Of a stretch of 64,000 nucleotides of DNA, positions 54,398-63,151 are shown in pieces; within the stretch, counting starts at the first letter, position 1; every line of letters starts with the position of its first letter. Both the position numbers and the translations under genes were made by a program. The stretch lies in the IMG/VR virus record IMGVR_UViG_3300013713_000001, positions 1 to 64,000 of that record. One strand, given 5' to 3'. Source of the DNA: a virus. Its lineage: Duplodnaviria; Caudoviricetes. The notes beneath the pieces were generated by a model. That model had not been told where the DNA came from. It searched no databases and was given only the letters and a program-made list of their open reading frames with translations.

Positions 54398-54802
54398 TTA
54401 AAAGGGGAACCGTGACCCAAATACACGAACCACCCAAAGCTTGGGCGTTCTCTGCAGTACTGCTACTTCATCAACCAGCCAATTGTTAGAGAAGGTCTGT
54501 AAGATGTCATGATTCTCAGCCATCAGTTCAGACAGCAATGCCTCTGCATCGAGCGCAGCCGCTTCTACAGCGTCTTCCAGATCATCTGGACACCCTCGCT
54601 CCTCTAATAACTCATACGCTCTTGAAGCGTAGGATTCTTCCATGTAGCAACCAGCAACGCCGTCATCCATGATCTCGCCGAAATCGCGAATTACCGACTT
54701 CAGCATCCCTTCAACAATGGTTACCGCTTCATCACTGGGCGCGACAGTTGAGTTGCACCTGAGAAGCACCAACGGGGTTTCGTCTAAGAGGTCTTTCATC
54801 AT
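54398..54802 (-). CDS. Acidic hypothetical protein
   Basis: ATG 54802 after GGAGA; very D/E-rich. Confidence 0.6.
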   Translation of the reverse strand: MMKDLLDETPLVLLRCNSTVAPSDEAVTIVEGMLKSVIRDFGEIMDDGVAGCYMEESYASRAYELLEERGCPDDLEDAVEAAALDAEALLSELMAENHDILQTFSNNWLVDEVAVLQRTPKLWVVRVFGSRFPF

Positions 54803-54818
54803 GGAAGTCTCCGGTCGT

Positions 54819-55298
54819 TTATTGGTTAGCTTCAAGTTCCTTAACCCGTCGTTCCAGAGCAGCGTTAGCAGCCAGCGCTTTTTCCAGGTGACGGGACAGC
54901 CAGCGAATGCGTTCTTTGCCAGCGGTAAGATAGGCGATGTCCATGATCTCACCTTTCATCAGTCGCTCATGCTTTTCACGGTCAGAGGGGTTGCCGTACA
55001 TGAAGACTGCGTTCGCAAGCTCGTCGTCTGTGTAGCTCCCCATCATCAGCTCACCCCGTTCTTTGTCGATCAAGTCGGGGTGGTAATCCGGCTCCCCTTG
55101 CTTCGACCAGTTCGACGAAGGTGTAGAGGGGCTGTTCAGCTCGGAGATACCCAAGTGCTGGATAACCTTACCAAACATCTCCCGCATCGAGGGTTCTTTG
55201 GGTTGCATGGTGCCCAGGGCCTGCTGAATGCGGTGCTGGACTTGTGCTTCGGTGTAAACAGTTTCACCACGGACGGAATAACGACGCTTGAGATCCAT
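54819..55298 (-). CDS. Hypothetical protein with a domain typical of temperate-phage early (Ea22/Ead-associated) genes
   Basis: W...GEPD.H....ER..L.MG..TDDELANAVF...YLTA.KERIRWLSR motif, recognised from memory. Confidence 0.6.
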   Translation of the reverse strand: MDLKRRYSVRGETVYTEAQVQHRIQQALGTMQPKEPSMREMFGKVIQHLGISELNSPSTPSSNWSKQGEPDYHPDLIDKERGELMMGSYTDDELANAVFMYGNPSDREKHERLMKGEIMDIAYLTAGKERIRWLSRHLEKALAANAALERRVKELEANQ

Positions 55299-55308
55299 AC
55301 TTTACCTA

Positions 55309-55920
55309 TTAACGGAATTGAGAAAGGGAGTTGTTACTTTTAAACGGCTGTTCTTTAGGACCTTCCACCCACTCATAGCGGACGGTATCGGGTCCCGCAC
55401 TTTCCAAGCCAAGCCTGCGATCGCCAAACGGATGGATCATTCGTGTTTTGGCTTTGTTCGTGTTGTAGACCTTAACTTCACCCAAGCGCTCCATCTGGAC
55501 CTTATCCAGAATGCACCACTCGCCGGTCACAATGGCATCCCACACCACACGGTCATCTGTGAGTGTGGTGTTGGTGATAATCCGCTCGTTTCCCTTGAAT
55601 ACGGGTGAGTAAACCGAGAGGTTCATCCAGGGAAGGTTTTCTTCCTCAAACAACTTAGCGACGTTTGGAAAGATCCCAATAAAGCAGCCTTCGATGCTCC
55701 CGCCTACCGAGATACGGGTAATGGATGGTTCTGGGTAGGGGAACTTGTCCTTGTCAGGAATCTCCTCTTGACCTTCAAGATCTGACCCGTCGGGTTCCCG
55801 AGGGGTCCAGACCCCTTCTAGATCGTCTCGGAAGCTTAGGTGGTACAGCCTGGGCAGAGGAACACTGCGCGACCGTACGCTCCGAATGTCCTTCGACGTA
55901 TTGCTTTTCCAGACTGTCAT
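55309..55920 (-). CDS. Hypothetical protein, possibly ADP-ribosyltransferase-like fold
   Basis: LYHLS...RISV..SI.GC...TGEWCI. Confidence 0.55.
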   Translation of the reverse strand: MTVWKSNTSKDIRSVRSRSVPLPRLYHLSFRDDLEGVWTPREPDGSDLEGQEEIPDKDKFPYPEPSITRISVGGSIEGCFIGIFPNVAKLFEEENLPWMNLSVYSPVFKGNERIITNTTLTDDRVVWDAIVTGEWCILDKVQMERLGEVKVYNTNKAKTRMIHPFGDRRLGLESAGPDTVRYEWVEGPKEQPFKSNNSLSQFR

Positions 55921-56705
55921 GACCGACGGCCTCGACCCCGACCCTCTTCCCAGACCCGCAAGGAGTAACCGCGAGCAATATGCTTGGCGGGGTACTGGTT
56001 AAGGTTGATGTGCCAGCAGTAGTTGTTACCACTGAGGATGTTGCGATCAGGGTTGTCTGGGTACAGGTAAAGTTTCAGGCTGACCTGCACTCCTTTAGTG
56101 TGCCAGACCTGGTACTGGATCTCGGTGGGTTCATCAAAGCCCACGTAAAACAGCTTATAGAACAGGTCCGGAAGCATCTGGACAAAGGCGTTGAACCCTT
56201 CGCTTTCTTTCTCCAGGGCATTGCCATAGAGCGTTGCTACTGCTGCTCCCGTGCTGTCGACGACCTGAGGAACTTCCAGGGTAAACGCCAGGTCATCAAC
56301 AATGAAGAGGAACGTTGTTCCCTCCTCGGTTCCCACCGTGATCATGCGGAAGGCTGTGGGGTCTTTGCGATCCTCGATCACAGAGTACAGCGTTAGCGGG
56401 GCTTTCAGTGTGAGGGTTGCCAGATTACTTCCCTCATTGCTTGGTTGGGGAAGTCCGGTGTTCATGTCAATCACCAGTTCCCGCTCACCCTCATCTTCCC
56501 AGACCGGCGGTGACGTTACAAAGGAACCCTTGAGCTCAGGAAGTACAAGACCTTGAGCCACATTGGGCGCTGTCAGCTCAAACGCTACAGTGAACTGATC
56601 GATGTCCTTTACATGGATAGGGGGATTCGGAACCAGTGGACGGGTGCTGTCGAGTGAACGCTTGTCACCCTTGATAAAGCCGCTGACAATATTCGCGTTG
56701 TTCAT
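55917..56705 (-). CDS. Hypothetical protein
   Basis: 262 aa; ATGA-coupled to the downstream gene. Confidence 0.65.
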   Translation of the reverse strand: MNNANIVSGFIKGDKRSLDSTRPLVPNPPIHVKDIDQFTVAFELTAPNVAQGLVLPELKGSFVTSPPVWEDEGERELVIDMNTGLPQPSNEGSNLATLTLKAPLTLYSVIEDRKDPTAFRMITVGTEEGTTFLFIVDDLAFTLEVPQVVDSTGAAVATLYGNALEKESEGFNAFVQMLPDLFYKLFYVGFDEPTEIQYQVWHTKGVQVSLKLYLYPDNPDRNILSGNNYCWHINLNQYPAKHIARGYSLRVWEEGRGRGRRS

Positions 56706-56707
56706 AA

Positions 56708-57163
56708 TTAGCTCCAGCGAGGTTCTTTAGTGAGAAGGGCTTTCAGTGGAAAATTCTTGTGCAACGGGTTGGCTTTCAACAGGTCTTCAAAGGCAGCGAA
56801 CTCAACGGGGTTCAGGATAAAGGTAGGGCCATTATCCACCAGGTTACGGATATCCCGAATCTCTTCCATTGTGTAGCGCGGACCTTGTGGGGTAAAGTTC
56901 ATCCCCAGGTTGTCGTCATCGACAAGTGCCAAGTTTGTGATCATTGGGGTATTGGCATAACCCCGTCCAATCAACACACCCCTGTCAACAGGGGTTACGA
57001 TCCAGGCGCCTTTGCTGCCGCCATGAAACGTTAATTCATCATGGTAGTTCAGCATGCTGTGCGGTGCCAGCCAATCAAGAAGCCTGACCTTTCGACCAAT
57101 GTTTGCTTTGACTGGATTACTTTCATTGATAAAGACTTCCGTACCTTTAACGTGTCTAAGCAT
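56708..57163 (-). CDS. Hypothetical protein
   Basis: Start ATG 57163 (MLRHVKG) after AAGGA removes the overlap with the GNAT gene. Confidence 0.6.
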   Translation of the reverse strand: MLRHVKGTEVFINESNPVKANIGRKVRLLDWLAPHSMLNYHDELTFHGGSKGAWIVTPVDRGVLIGRGYANTPMITNLALVDDDNLGMNFTPQGPRYTMEEIRDIRNLVDNGPTFILNPVEFAAFEDLLKANPLHKNFPLKALLTKEPRWS

Positions 57164-57179
57164 GGCGCTGTCCTTTGGT

Positions 57180-57650
57180 TTAGTAGCTAACCAGTGCATC
57201 TTCCATTGTTGCAAGGATGTAGGGGTACTCTCCCTCTTCTTCATAAAGCTTGAGGGTAAAGCCTGCCGACTTATAGAAACGACGGGCAGCGGCATTTCCA
57301 GGTGTAACAATAACAAAAATAGGTTCCGGTGAAATAGACTTGAAGACTTCAATCAAGCGACGCCCATAACCTTGGCCGCGGTGGTCACTGTGAATAACCA
57401 ACTTATCGACTTCATTAAGAACGCCGGTGTTGTTGGCAATGAACCCCACAATGGTTTCGCCGACGTAAGCGAACACGATATCTTCCAGCTTGCTGAAAGC
57501 CGAATCCAGTAGTCCTTCGTGTCCACCGTAATGCAGTGCAATGTGTTCGAGGAATGGTTTCTCAATTACCCACAGGTCATCCAGCATCTGGCGGATAAAG
57601 GCTTCTTGTTCTTTTGTAAGTTCAGACTTCTTAACAATGCGCGTGTACAT
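57180..57650 (-). CDS. GNAT-family acetyltransferase
   Basis: IVGF, LVIHSDHRGQGYGRRLI (motif A) and N.AARRFYKSAGF (motif B). Confidence 0.88.
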   Translation of the reverse strand: MYTRIVKKSELTKEQEAFIRQMLDDLWVIEKPFLEHIALHYGGHEGLLDSAFSKLEDIVFAYVGETIVGFIANNTGVLNEVDKLVIHSDHRGQGYGRRLIEVFKSISPEPIFVIVTPGNAAARRFYKSAGFTLKLYEEEGEYPYILATMEDALVSY

Positions 57651-57722
57651 GGTGCTCTCTATCCCTTGTTTATAAAACCTAGGGGATTCACCCTAGGCTT
57701 CCTTCAGTCTTCAGCGGAATTA

Positions 57723-58430
57723 TCAGCCCTTTAATACCATACCTTCGCCAGTAAAGTAGAACTTGTCTCTTAACGCCGTTTCAGCCTTTTCTGCAGCGTG
57801 TTGCATGGCGTAATCAACGAGTTCCACAAGAGTTCCGATATCACCATTACTAGACGTCATCCGGAACTTAGGGCGGTTAGCGGAACCCAGGGAATACTGC
57901 TTGGCCGAAGCCTTTGTGGTACACAAGGTTGTTAGCGAGTCATGCGCACTCTTTCCATGGAAGCCATTTCTGAACAGCTTTGTTTTGCTATTGAACGGGA
58001 CCTCTAGTGTTTGTGCGGCAAACATTTCCGAGTAATACATAGACGACCTACGATAGATGTTCCACGGATCCAGAATGGTCCGCTGGATACGGTCCATGTC
58101 CTCCTTCGTGGGTGCCTTTCCGTTCGTGAGTTTGTTGGCCCTCCGGAGCGCTAGCAGGTGTTCAGTAAAGTTAAAGAAGTGACTACGGTACGCTGGGGTG
58201 AACGCACTGATCATGTTTACGTCAGTTCGATTCTGGATAAGTATGCGGTCGGCCGGGAAACAGTTCCAGACCTCACTGTCGACGTCAGCACGGATCATGT
58301 TCGAAAAGGTAAAGATGATTGCCTGTCCGACCATCACCGCCATACGTCGATAACCGACTTCAAAGCTAAGCCCGATGTAGGGGCTTTCTTCAGTAAAGAA
58401 CTTGGGCGGGAGTGGGGTAGAGATGCTCAT
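57723..58430 (-). CDS. Hypothetical early protein
   Basis: 235 aa; GAGGA Shine-Dalgarno; first gene after the promoter at 58479. Confidence 0.65.
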   Translation of the reverse strand: MSISTPLPPKFFTEESPYIGLSFEVGYRRMAVMVGQAIIFTFSNMIRADVDSEVWNCFPADRILIQNRTDVNMISAFTPAYRSHFFNFTEHLLALRRANKLTNGKAPTKEDMDRIQRTILDPWNIYRRSSMYYSEMFAAQTLEVPFNSKTKLFRNGFHGKSAHDSLTTLCTTKASAKQYSLGSANRPKFRMTSSNGDIGTLVELVDYAMQHAAEKAETALRDKFYFTGEGMVLKG

Positions 58431-58478
58431 GGGTAATTCCTCAAAGGTAGATGTACAGTCGGATGACTACACAACCTG

Positions 58479-58496
58479 GTAATATAGGTTTTAAAA
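58479..58496 (-). promoter_or_regulatory. Early promoter TTTTAAAACCTATATTAC
   Basis: Plus strand GTAATATAGGTTTTAAAA. Confidence 0.8.
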
Positions 58497-58518
58497 GAAA
58501 TAGAAAAAAAAAGACATA

Positions 58519-58549
58519 GCTAAGGTAGGGGCAATGCCCCTACCTTAGT
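58519..58549 (-). terminator. Intrinsic terminator (CCCTAC family, inverted)
   Basis: GCTAAGGTAGGGGC-AAT-GCCCCTACCTTAGT, with an A9 run to its left. Confidence 0.8.
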
Positions 58550-58556
58550 TCAGTGC

Positions 58557-59108
58557 TTAAGCTTCAGCTTGCTCGTACTGCAGGTCGAGGATCTTGAAGA
58601 AGGTCTCGTAGTCCATCCAGCCTTCACGTAGGCGCGAGGTATCGAACAGAGCACCGCCCGAGAGGTCATCCAGGATGGCGCGAGTCGTCACCGCCCCGTC
58701 CTCGTAGAAGATCCCGGTCTCGAGGGTGTAGGGTGATGGGAAAATGCCCTTGAACGTGAAGGTCTCCGGGAACTTGTCGATACCCTCACGCCGCAGGACT
58801 TTGACGGTGATCAGTGCTGCCTGGTTGCCCATGTGCATGACCGTGTCGAACGCCATGCGCTCGTTCTTTTGAACGAACCCTTCCAGGAGCCCATTACGGC
58901 AGCGGTCCCGCCAGTTGACCGGGTCCTGCAGGTAGTGGTTCAGGGTGAAGTGCAGAACAGTGGCTTGTTCCGTCTCACTCTTGAACGGGATGTTGTGCCC
59001 CCGCAGGCGCAGTGCGTTGGCCACGGCACCGCAGTGGAAGTTTGGACGACCAAGGATCTCGATCAGGTCATCGTCCAGAGCCGGAAGTTGTTTGATAGTC
59101 TCGTTCAT
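58557..59108 (-). CDS. Hypothetical protein with an N-terminal domain common in temperate phages
   Basis: L.EILGRPNF.C..VA..LR..G..I..K.E.EQA.VLH motif, recognised from memory. Confidence 0.6.
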   Translation of the reverse strand: MNETIKQLPALDDDLIEILGRPNFHCGAVANALRLRGHNIPFKSETEQATVLHFTLNHYLQDPVNWRDRCRNGLLEGFVQKNERMAFDTVMHMGNQAALITVKVLRREGIDKFPETFTFKGIFPSPYTLETGIFYEDGAVTTRAILDDLSGGALFDTSRLREGWMDYETFFKILDLQYEQAEA

Positions 59109-59140
59109 ATCAGATTCCAAAAATAAAGAAAGGGGGTAGA

Positions 59141-59164
59141 CCTAAGCGGTGTTACCCGCTTAGG
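59141..59164 (-). terminator. Hairpin terminator
   Basis: CCTAAGCGG-TGTTAC-CCGCTTAGG. Confidence 0.6.
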
Positions 59165-59181
59165 CTATTACAGAGTGCTGC

Positions 59182-60171
59182 TTACTTCTTTTTCTTCTTG
59201 CCGTCTTTCGGAGCCTGTTCCTTCACCTTGGCAGCTTTCGCTTTCGAAGGCTTCTCCTGGCCGAGCTCGTGAGCGCGTTCACGAACCGACTGCAGGGTAC
59301 GTTGCAGGTTTTCGGTGTTCTTCCTGCGGTCTTCTTCGCTGACGACCACCGCCTTTTCCGAACGCTTCTTCTGAGCAGGCTTGAACTGCGCAGCTTTGTC
59401 CATGATGAGGCCGGTGATCTTGTGGTTCAGCTTGCCCTGGCCGGCCTTGGCGCGCTTGAACGCGTCTTGGTAGTACTCAGGGTAGGTGGCGAAGTCGAAA
59501 TCGTGGCAGAAGCCGCCGATGCTCAGCACGGTCTTCGAAACGTCGTCCGAGTAGAAGAACAGTTTTGCCGGGACCTTCGTGGTATCGTTGCGCTCACCGC
59601 TGGACAGCTGCAGTTCGATGACTTCTTCTTTGCCGCAGACCGACCGGATCAGTTCCCAGAAGAACCGCGCTTTCGGGTACAGGCGGTCCGCCGACTTGTG
59701 GAAGGTTTCCTTGCCGCGAGCCAGGTTGTTCACCAGCAGGCCGACGACCGCTTCCTTGGCGTTGGTGGTCGCACCCGCGATGTAGAAGCCGAACTGCTTC
59801 TGACCAGGCATGAGGGTGAAGTAGGTGCGCGACGTGGCATGGATGACGAGGATCTTGTAATCCAGTTCCTTGCTCACGAAGGTCGAAGCACCGAGGATTT
59901 CACCTTCGATGAGGACGTCACGGATACGGCCCTTGACGTTTTTCCCGAAGACCAGCTGGCCGGTGACGGCGTCGAAGGGAACCATGCGTTCTTGCTTCTG
60001 ACCGAGCTCGGCTTCGGTGGCACCGGAGGCCAGGAGGTCTGCACGGTTGAATTCGATCACGGGACCGAAGAGAGGACCGTTCTTCACGATGCTGAGGACC
60101 GGGGTCTTGGCAGGCTCAGCAGTAACAGCGGCATCAGCTTTCTTGGAAACAGCAACATTAACGTCTTTCAT
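59182..60171 (-). CDS. Hypothetical protein with a Lys-rich C-terminus, probably highly expressed
   Basis: ATG 60171 (MKDVNVAV) after AGGAAGGA; strongly C/G-ending codons. Confidence 0.75.
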   Translation of the reverse strand: MKDVNVAVSKKADAAVTAEPAKTPVLSIVKNGPLFGPVIEFNRADLLASGATEAELGQKQERMVPFDAVTGQLVFGKNVKGRIRDVLIEGEILGASTFVSKELDYKILVIHATSRTYFTLMPGQKQFGFYIAGATTNAKEAVVGLLVNNLARGKETFHKSADRLYPKARFFWELIRSVCGKEEVIELQLSSGERNDTTKVPAKLFFYSDDVSKTVLSIGGFCHDFDFATYPEYYQDAFKRAKAGQGKLNHKITGLIMDKAAQFKPAQKKRSEKAVVVSEEDRRKNTENLQRTLQSVRERAHELGQEKPSKAKAAKVKEQAPKDGKKKKK

Positions 60172-60214
60172 CGGGAGTTCCTTCCTAGTTAGGGTGTACT
60201 TGTAGCAACACTTG

Positions 60215-60964
60215 TTAGTCGGCTTTTTGTTGGGGTCTACCGAAATAGCCCCGTTGGATTTGCTCAGAGGGGTAGCTGTCCAGGTCCAGGTGATGAACCC
60301 AACCACACACACTGATCATGTTGTTCTTGCTATTCTTACTGTCAACGTAAATCCGTACACTTACCGCGGTGTCACCAAAACTCTTCACCGTGAATTGGTT
60401 GATCAAGAGATCATCGCTGATGCACTTGAACAACCCGCTGAACAGCCCTGGGATAGGGTCTACCGTGCGATTGAATACCGACGAACCTTTGTTAAGGCTG
60501 TTGGCATACAGGTTCAGCACGCCTTCTTTAAGATCCACCGAACTCTGGCAGATAATGAAGTAGTAACCGCTGCTCTCTCGGCAGATGGCAAAGTACGTCT
60601 GATTCGTCGTACCGATCACCGCAATGCGGAGATTGCGATCCACCGCTTTCAACACAGCATACATGATGATGGGGTCTTCGAACGGCATCATCAAGTTGCT
60701 TTTGCTTGCCCGGTAAGATGGCTTACCGGTTACAACGTCAACACACAAGTACCGGCGTGCGTCGCCCGCTACGAATGACGGCATCAAGCCGAGCTCATCA
60801 CCAATAACGGCATGGAAATCCTTGCCGTGTACAAGTGCATTGATTTCGAATTCGACTTCAAACTCAACTTTAGCTTCGTTCATGATAGCGAGCACCGGTT
60901 CAGGAAAGCGCTTACGAACTGTTACAGATTGAATCGACGGGACAGCGGCTTGAAGGAGGGACAT
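60215..60964 (-). CDS. Hypothetical protein
   Basis: 249 aa; AAGGAG Shine-Dalgarno. Confidence 0.65.
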   Translation of the reverse strand: MSLLQAAVPSIQSVTVRKRFPEPVLAIMNEAKVEFEVEFEINALVHGKDFHAVIGDELGLMPSFVAGDARRYLCVDVVTGKPSYRASKSNLMMPFEDPIIMYAVLKAVDRNLRIAVIGTTNQTYFAICRESSGYYFIICQSSVDLKEGVLNLYANSLNKGSSVFNRTVDPIPGLFSGLFKCISDDLLINQFTVKSFGDTAVSVRIYVDSKNSKNNMISVCGWVHHLDLDSYPSEQIQRGYFGRPQQKAD

Positions 60965-60973
60965 AAGAGCTCC

Positions 60974-61594
60974 TTACCGAAGGCATTGTTTGTGCACCTC
61001 GGCAATAGGATGTGTAAAAAGTGAAACTTTACGGGACTGCTCTTTGTCCAGGGTGCTTGATACAAGCAACTCACCGGGGCAACCGCGAGACCATGCAAGC
61101 TCGGCGACGTAGTGTTCGCCCGTTTGCTTAAACATACCCTCTACCGTAAAGGACTGATTAATTTGTTCCGTTAAGAAGTACGCAAGGATCAAGTGTGCGA
61201 CGCTGGCATAAAAGGCGCTGTGGGACGCACGCTCGTCCAGAACCAAACCGCAGAAAAGGTTCTTGATAGCCTGCGCGAACGATTGACTTGGAGTGTCAAA
61301 GATTACCGTTTCGCGCTTGACTCTACCAAACCAATAGTACCGGGTCTGGGATCGATCTGACATGCACACAAGGGTGCCCAGTTCTGTGTGGAGTACACCG
61401 TAGAAGTTCATTCCGGAACTCAAGCCCGGGCGAACGGTGATCCAACGGGGCAACTCCACCTCACCTGGGGGTAGCCCAACGACCAGCCGTTTATAGGCCG
61501 TCTGGGGCATTCCCGTGCTGCGGTCGAGCTTAATGGCTCCGGTTGTGTAGAACGATAAATCCATGGATGTTGCGATATAGCCAAATTTGAACAT
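60974..61594 (-). CDS. Hypothetical protein
   Basis: 206 aa; GGGGA upstream. Confidence 0.6.
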   Translation of the reverse strand: MFKFGYIATSMDLSFYTTGAIKLDRSTGMPQTAYKRLVVGLPPGEVELPRWITVRPGLSSGMNFYGVLHTELGTLVCMSDRSQTRYYWFGRVKRETVIFDTPSQSFAQAIKNLFCGLVLDERASHSAFYASVAHLILAYFLTEQINQSFTVEGMFKQTGEHYVAELAWSRGCPGELLVSSTLDKEQSRKVSLFTHPIAEVHKQCLR

Positions 61595-61618
61595 AGTACA
61601 ATCCCCGTGACGCTAAAA

Positions 61619-62371
61619 TTACTTGCAGAATTCGGTGTGCTGAATCACGGTAGTTTCTTTGAAATTCTTACCGATGATCCAGTAAGTGGCGGAGAGCGGT
61701 AACTTCGCGGTACCAAACTCACCTTTAGTAAATTCTTTTCGCCACTTCTTTCCTTTGTTGCTGATCCCGACGAAAATGATAGGGTCCCCCTTGAGGACAA
61801 CCTCAACCTTCTCATCGACTTCGGACCATGGCGGTGTCCAACGCCATCCCTCGAGCGATTTAACCGGGAAGCTTAGGTAGCGATGCCCCTCAAGCTCACT
61901 GTTACCGTACGGGATCTTGCAGGTGTACGGAACGGTGTAGCGTTCGTGGGTGATGTGGTTCATCGCATACAGCCACCCCAGGTAACTCAATCCCGAGAGC
62001 AACAAGATGAAGAATAGCCAACCCGACCAGAACATCAGTCTTTTACGGCGGTTATTGCGTCTGAGCTGTGTGTGGATCTCCAGGGCCAGTCGTGCACGTT
62101 CCCCCGCATCTACGGCTGGGTCGGCCTTTAGAACTTCGGCAAGGTCTTTGTCGGACGTTTTACGACTGATTTCGATATTGCGCAAACGTCGTCGAGCTAA
62201 AGCACTCTTGAACCGCTTTTCTTCTGGAGAGTCGATCGCTGGTGGAGGTTTCGGGAAGGAGTACCGCTCTAGAATTTCTTCATCGGTTTCTTGTCGACCA
62301 AAACCCGCACCAGGATAGTTAACCTGGTCGCTCAAACCAACAACAGTGTCTTCCGCAGGTGGCAAATTCAT
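61619..62371 (-). CDS. Single-pass membrane protein
   Basis: Basic RRNNRRKR followed by LMFWSGWLFFILLLSGLSYLGWLYAM. Confidence 0.7.
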   Translation of the reverse strand: MNLPPAEDTVVGLSDQVNYPGAGFGRQETDEEILERYSFPKPPPAIDSPEEKRFKSALARRRLRNIEISRKTSDKDLAEVLKADPAVDAGERARLALEIHTQLRRNNRRKRLMFWSGWLFFILLLSGLSYLGWLYAMNHITHERYTVPYTCKIPYGNSELEGHRYLSFPVKSLEGWRWTPPWSEVDEKVEVVLKGDPIIFVGISNKGKKWRKEFTKGEFGTAKLPLSATYWIIGKNFKETTVIQHTEFCK

Positions 62372-62404
62372 CTGAACAATCCTTTTGTAAGTTAGGTGAA
62401 GGTG

Positions 62405-62974
62405 TTACAACAGCCGGTTGATGAGGAACGGGATATGAAGTCCTGGATCCCCATCCTCCTTATCAAAAACACGGTAGGACAGGATACCAAACCGTGCATG
62501 ATTCGTCTGGTACGTTATCCCTACAAAAGCAGGAACGTCATCCAGCACGAAACTGACCCCACGCATCTTGAACTTCTCCAAGACCATGTGGATTGTTTTG
62601 ATGTACTTCATGTCGAAGAATTCCTGAACGTTGTTCAGTACCGCTTCGTTTACCGCCACACCTCGAGCCACCTCTGGACTACTCGAGAGAGCCAATACCG
62701 CCTGCTCTCCAAAGTTGATAACGTCAGGAGTGGTGATCAAACGATCCGTAGGAAAGTTATCCATCTCGATAATGTTGTCGAGGTGTTCGATCGCATGTGC
62801 GAATTCAACCAACAAAGCCTCGGGAAGTCCCGTACGTTGGAAGCGGGAGACGAATTCAGCATTGAAGGCTCCAAGAGTCTTGTCAACATCTTCCGACGTT
62901 ACATCGCCATGGATATTGTCGAAACTCTTCTTCTTGATTCGGCTCTCCTGAAAATCGGGTAAAATAGCTTGCAT
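62405..62974 (-). CDS. Hypothetical early protein
   Basis: 189 aa; AAGGGG upstream; first gene after the promoter at 63058. Confidence 0.65.
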   Translation of the reverse strand: MQAILPDFQESRIKKKSFDNIHGDVTSEDVDKTLGAFNAEFVSRFQRTGLPEALLVEFAHAIEHLDNIIEMDNFPTDRLITTPDVINFGEQAVLALSSSPEVARGVAVNEAVLNNVQEFFDMKYIKTIHMVLEKFKMRGVSFVLDDVPAFVGITYQTNHARFGILSYRVFDKEDGDPGLHIPFLINRLL

Positions 62975-63057
62975 GGTAACAGCCCCTTGAAAAACGCAAA
63001 TTGGGTTTGCAAAATATACTCCGGCGAGTTATTTAATACCAGAGTCTAGTCACCTGG

Positions 63058-63067
63058 GTAATATAGG
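63058..63067 (-). promoter_or_regulatory. Early promoter CCTATATTAC
   Basis: Plus strand GTAATATAGG. Confidence 0.72.
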
Positions 63068-63108
63068 TGTCAAGAATTGCTTACCTTAATTAAAGTTGCA
63101 TACATAAC

Positions 63109-63142
63109 CTACTATCCAGGGCTTGGTGCCCCTGGATAGTAG
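63109..63142 (-). terminator. Hairpin terminator (CCTAC family)
   Basis: CTACTATCCAGGG...CCCTGGATAGTAG, preceded by GCATACATAAC. Confidence 0.78.
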
Positions 63143-63151
63143 TTGTAACCG

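Noticed and set aside
57164-57352. Long overlap between 56708..57352 and the GNAT gene (likewise 54398..54952, 59182..60312, 53634..53909)
   Set aside because: Artefacts of longest-ORF start choice; downstream ATGs with good Shine-Dalgarno sites remove the overlaps.
13639-63142. CRISPR array or tRNA genes among the hairpins
   Set aside because: The hairpins are dispersed singly at gene ends with no regular spacers, and I saw no cloverleaf with T-loop and acceptor stem.
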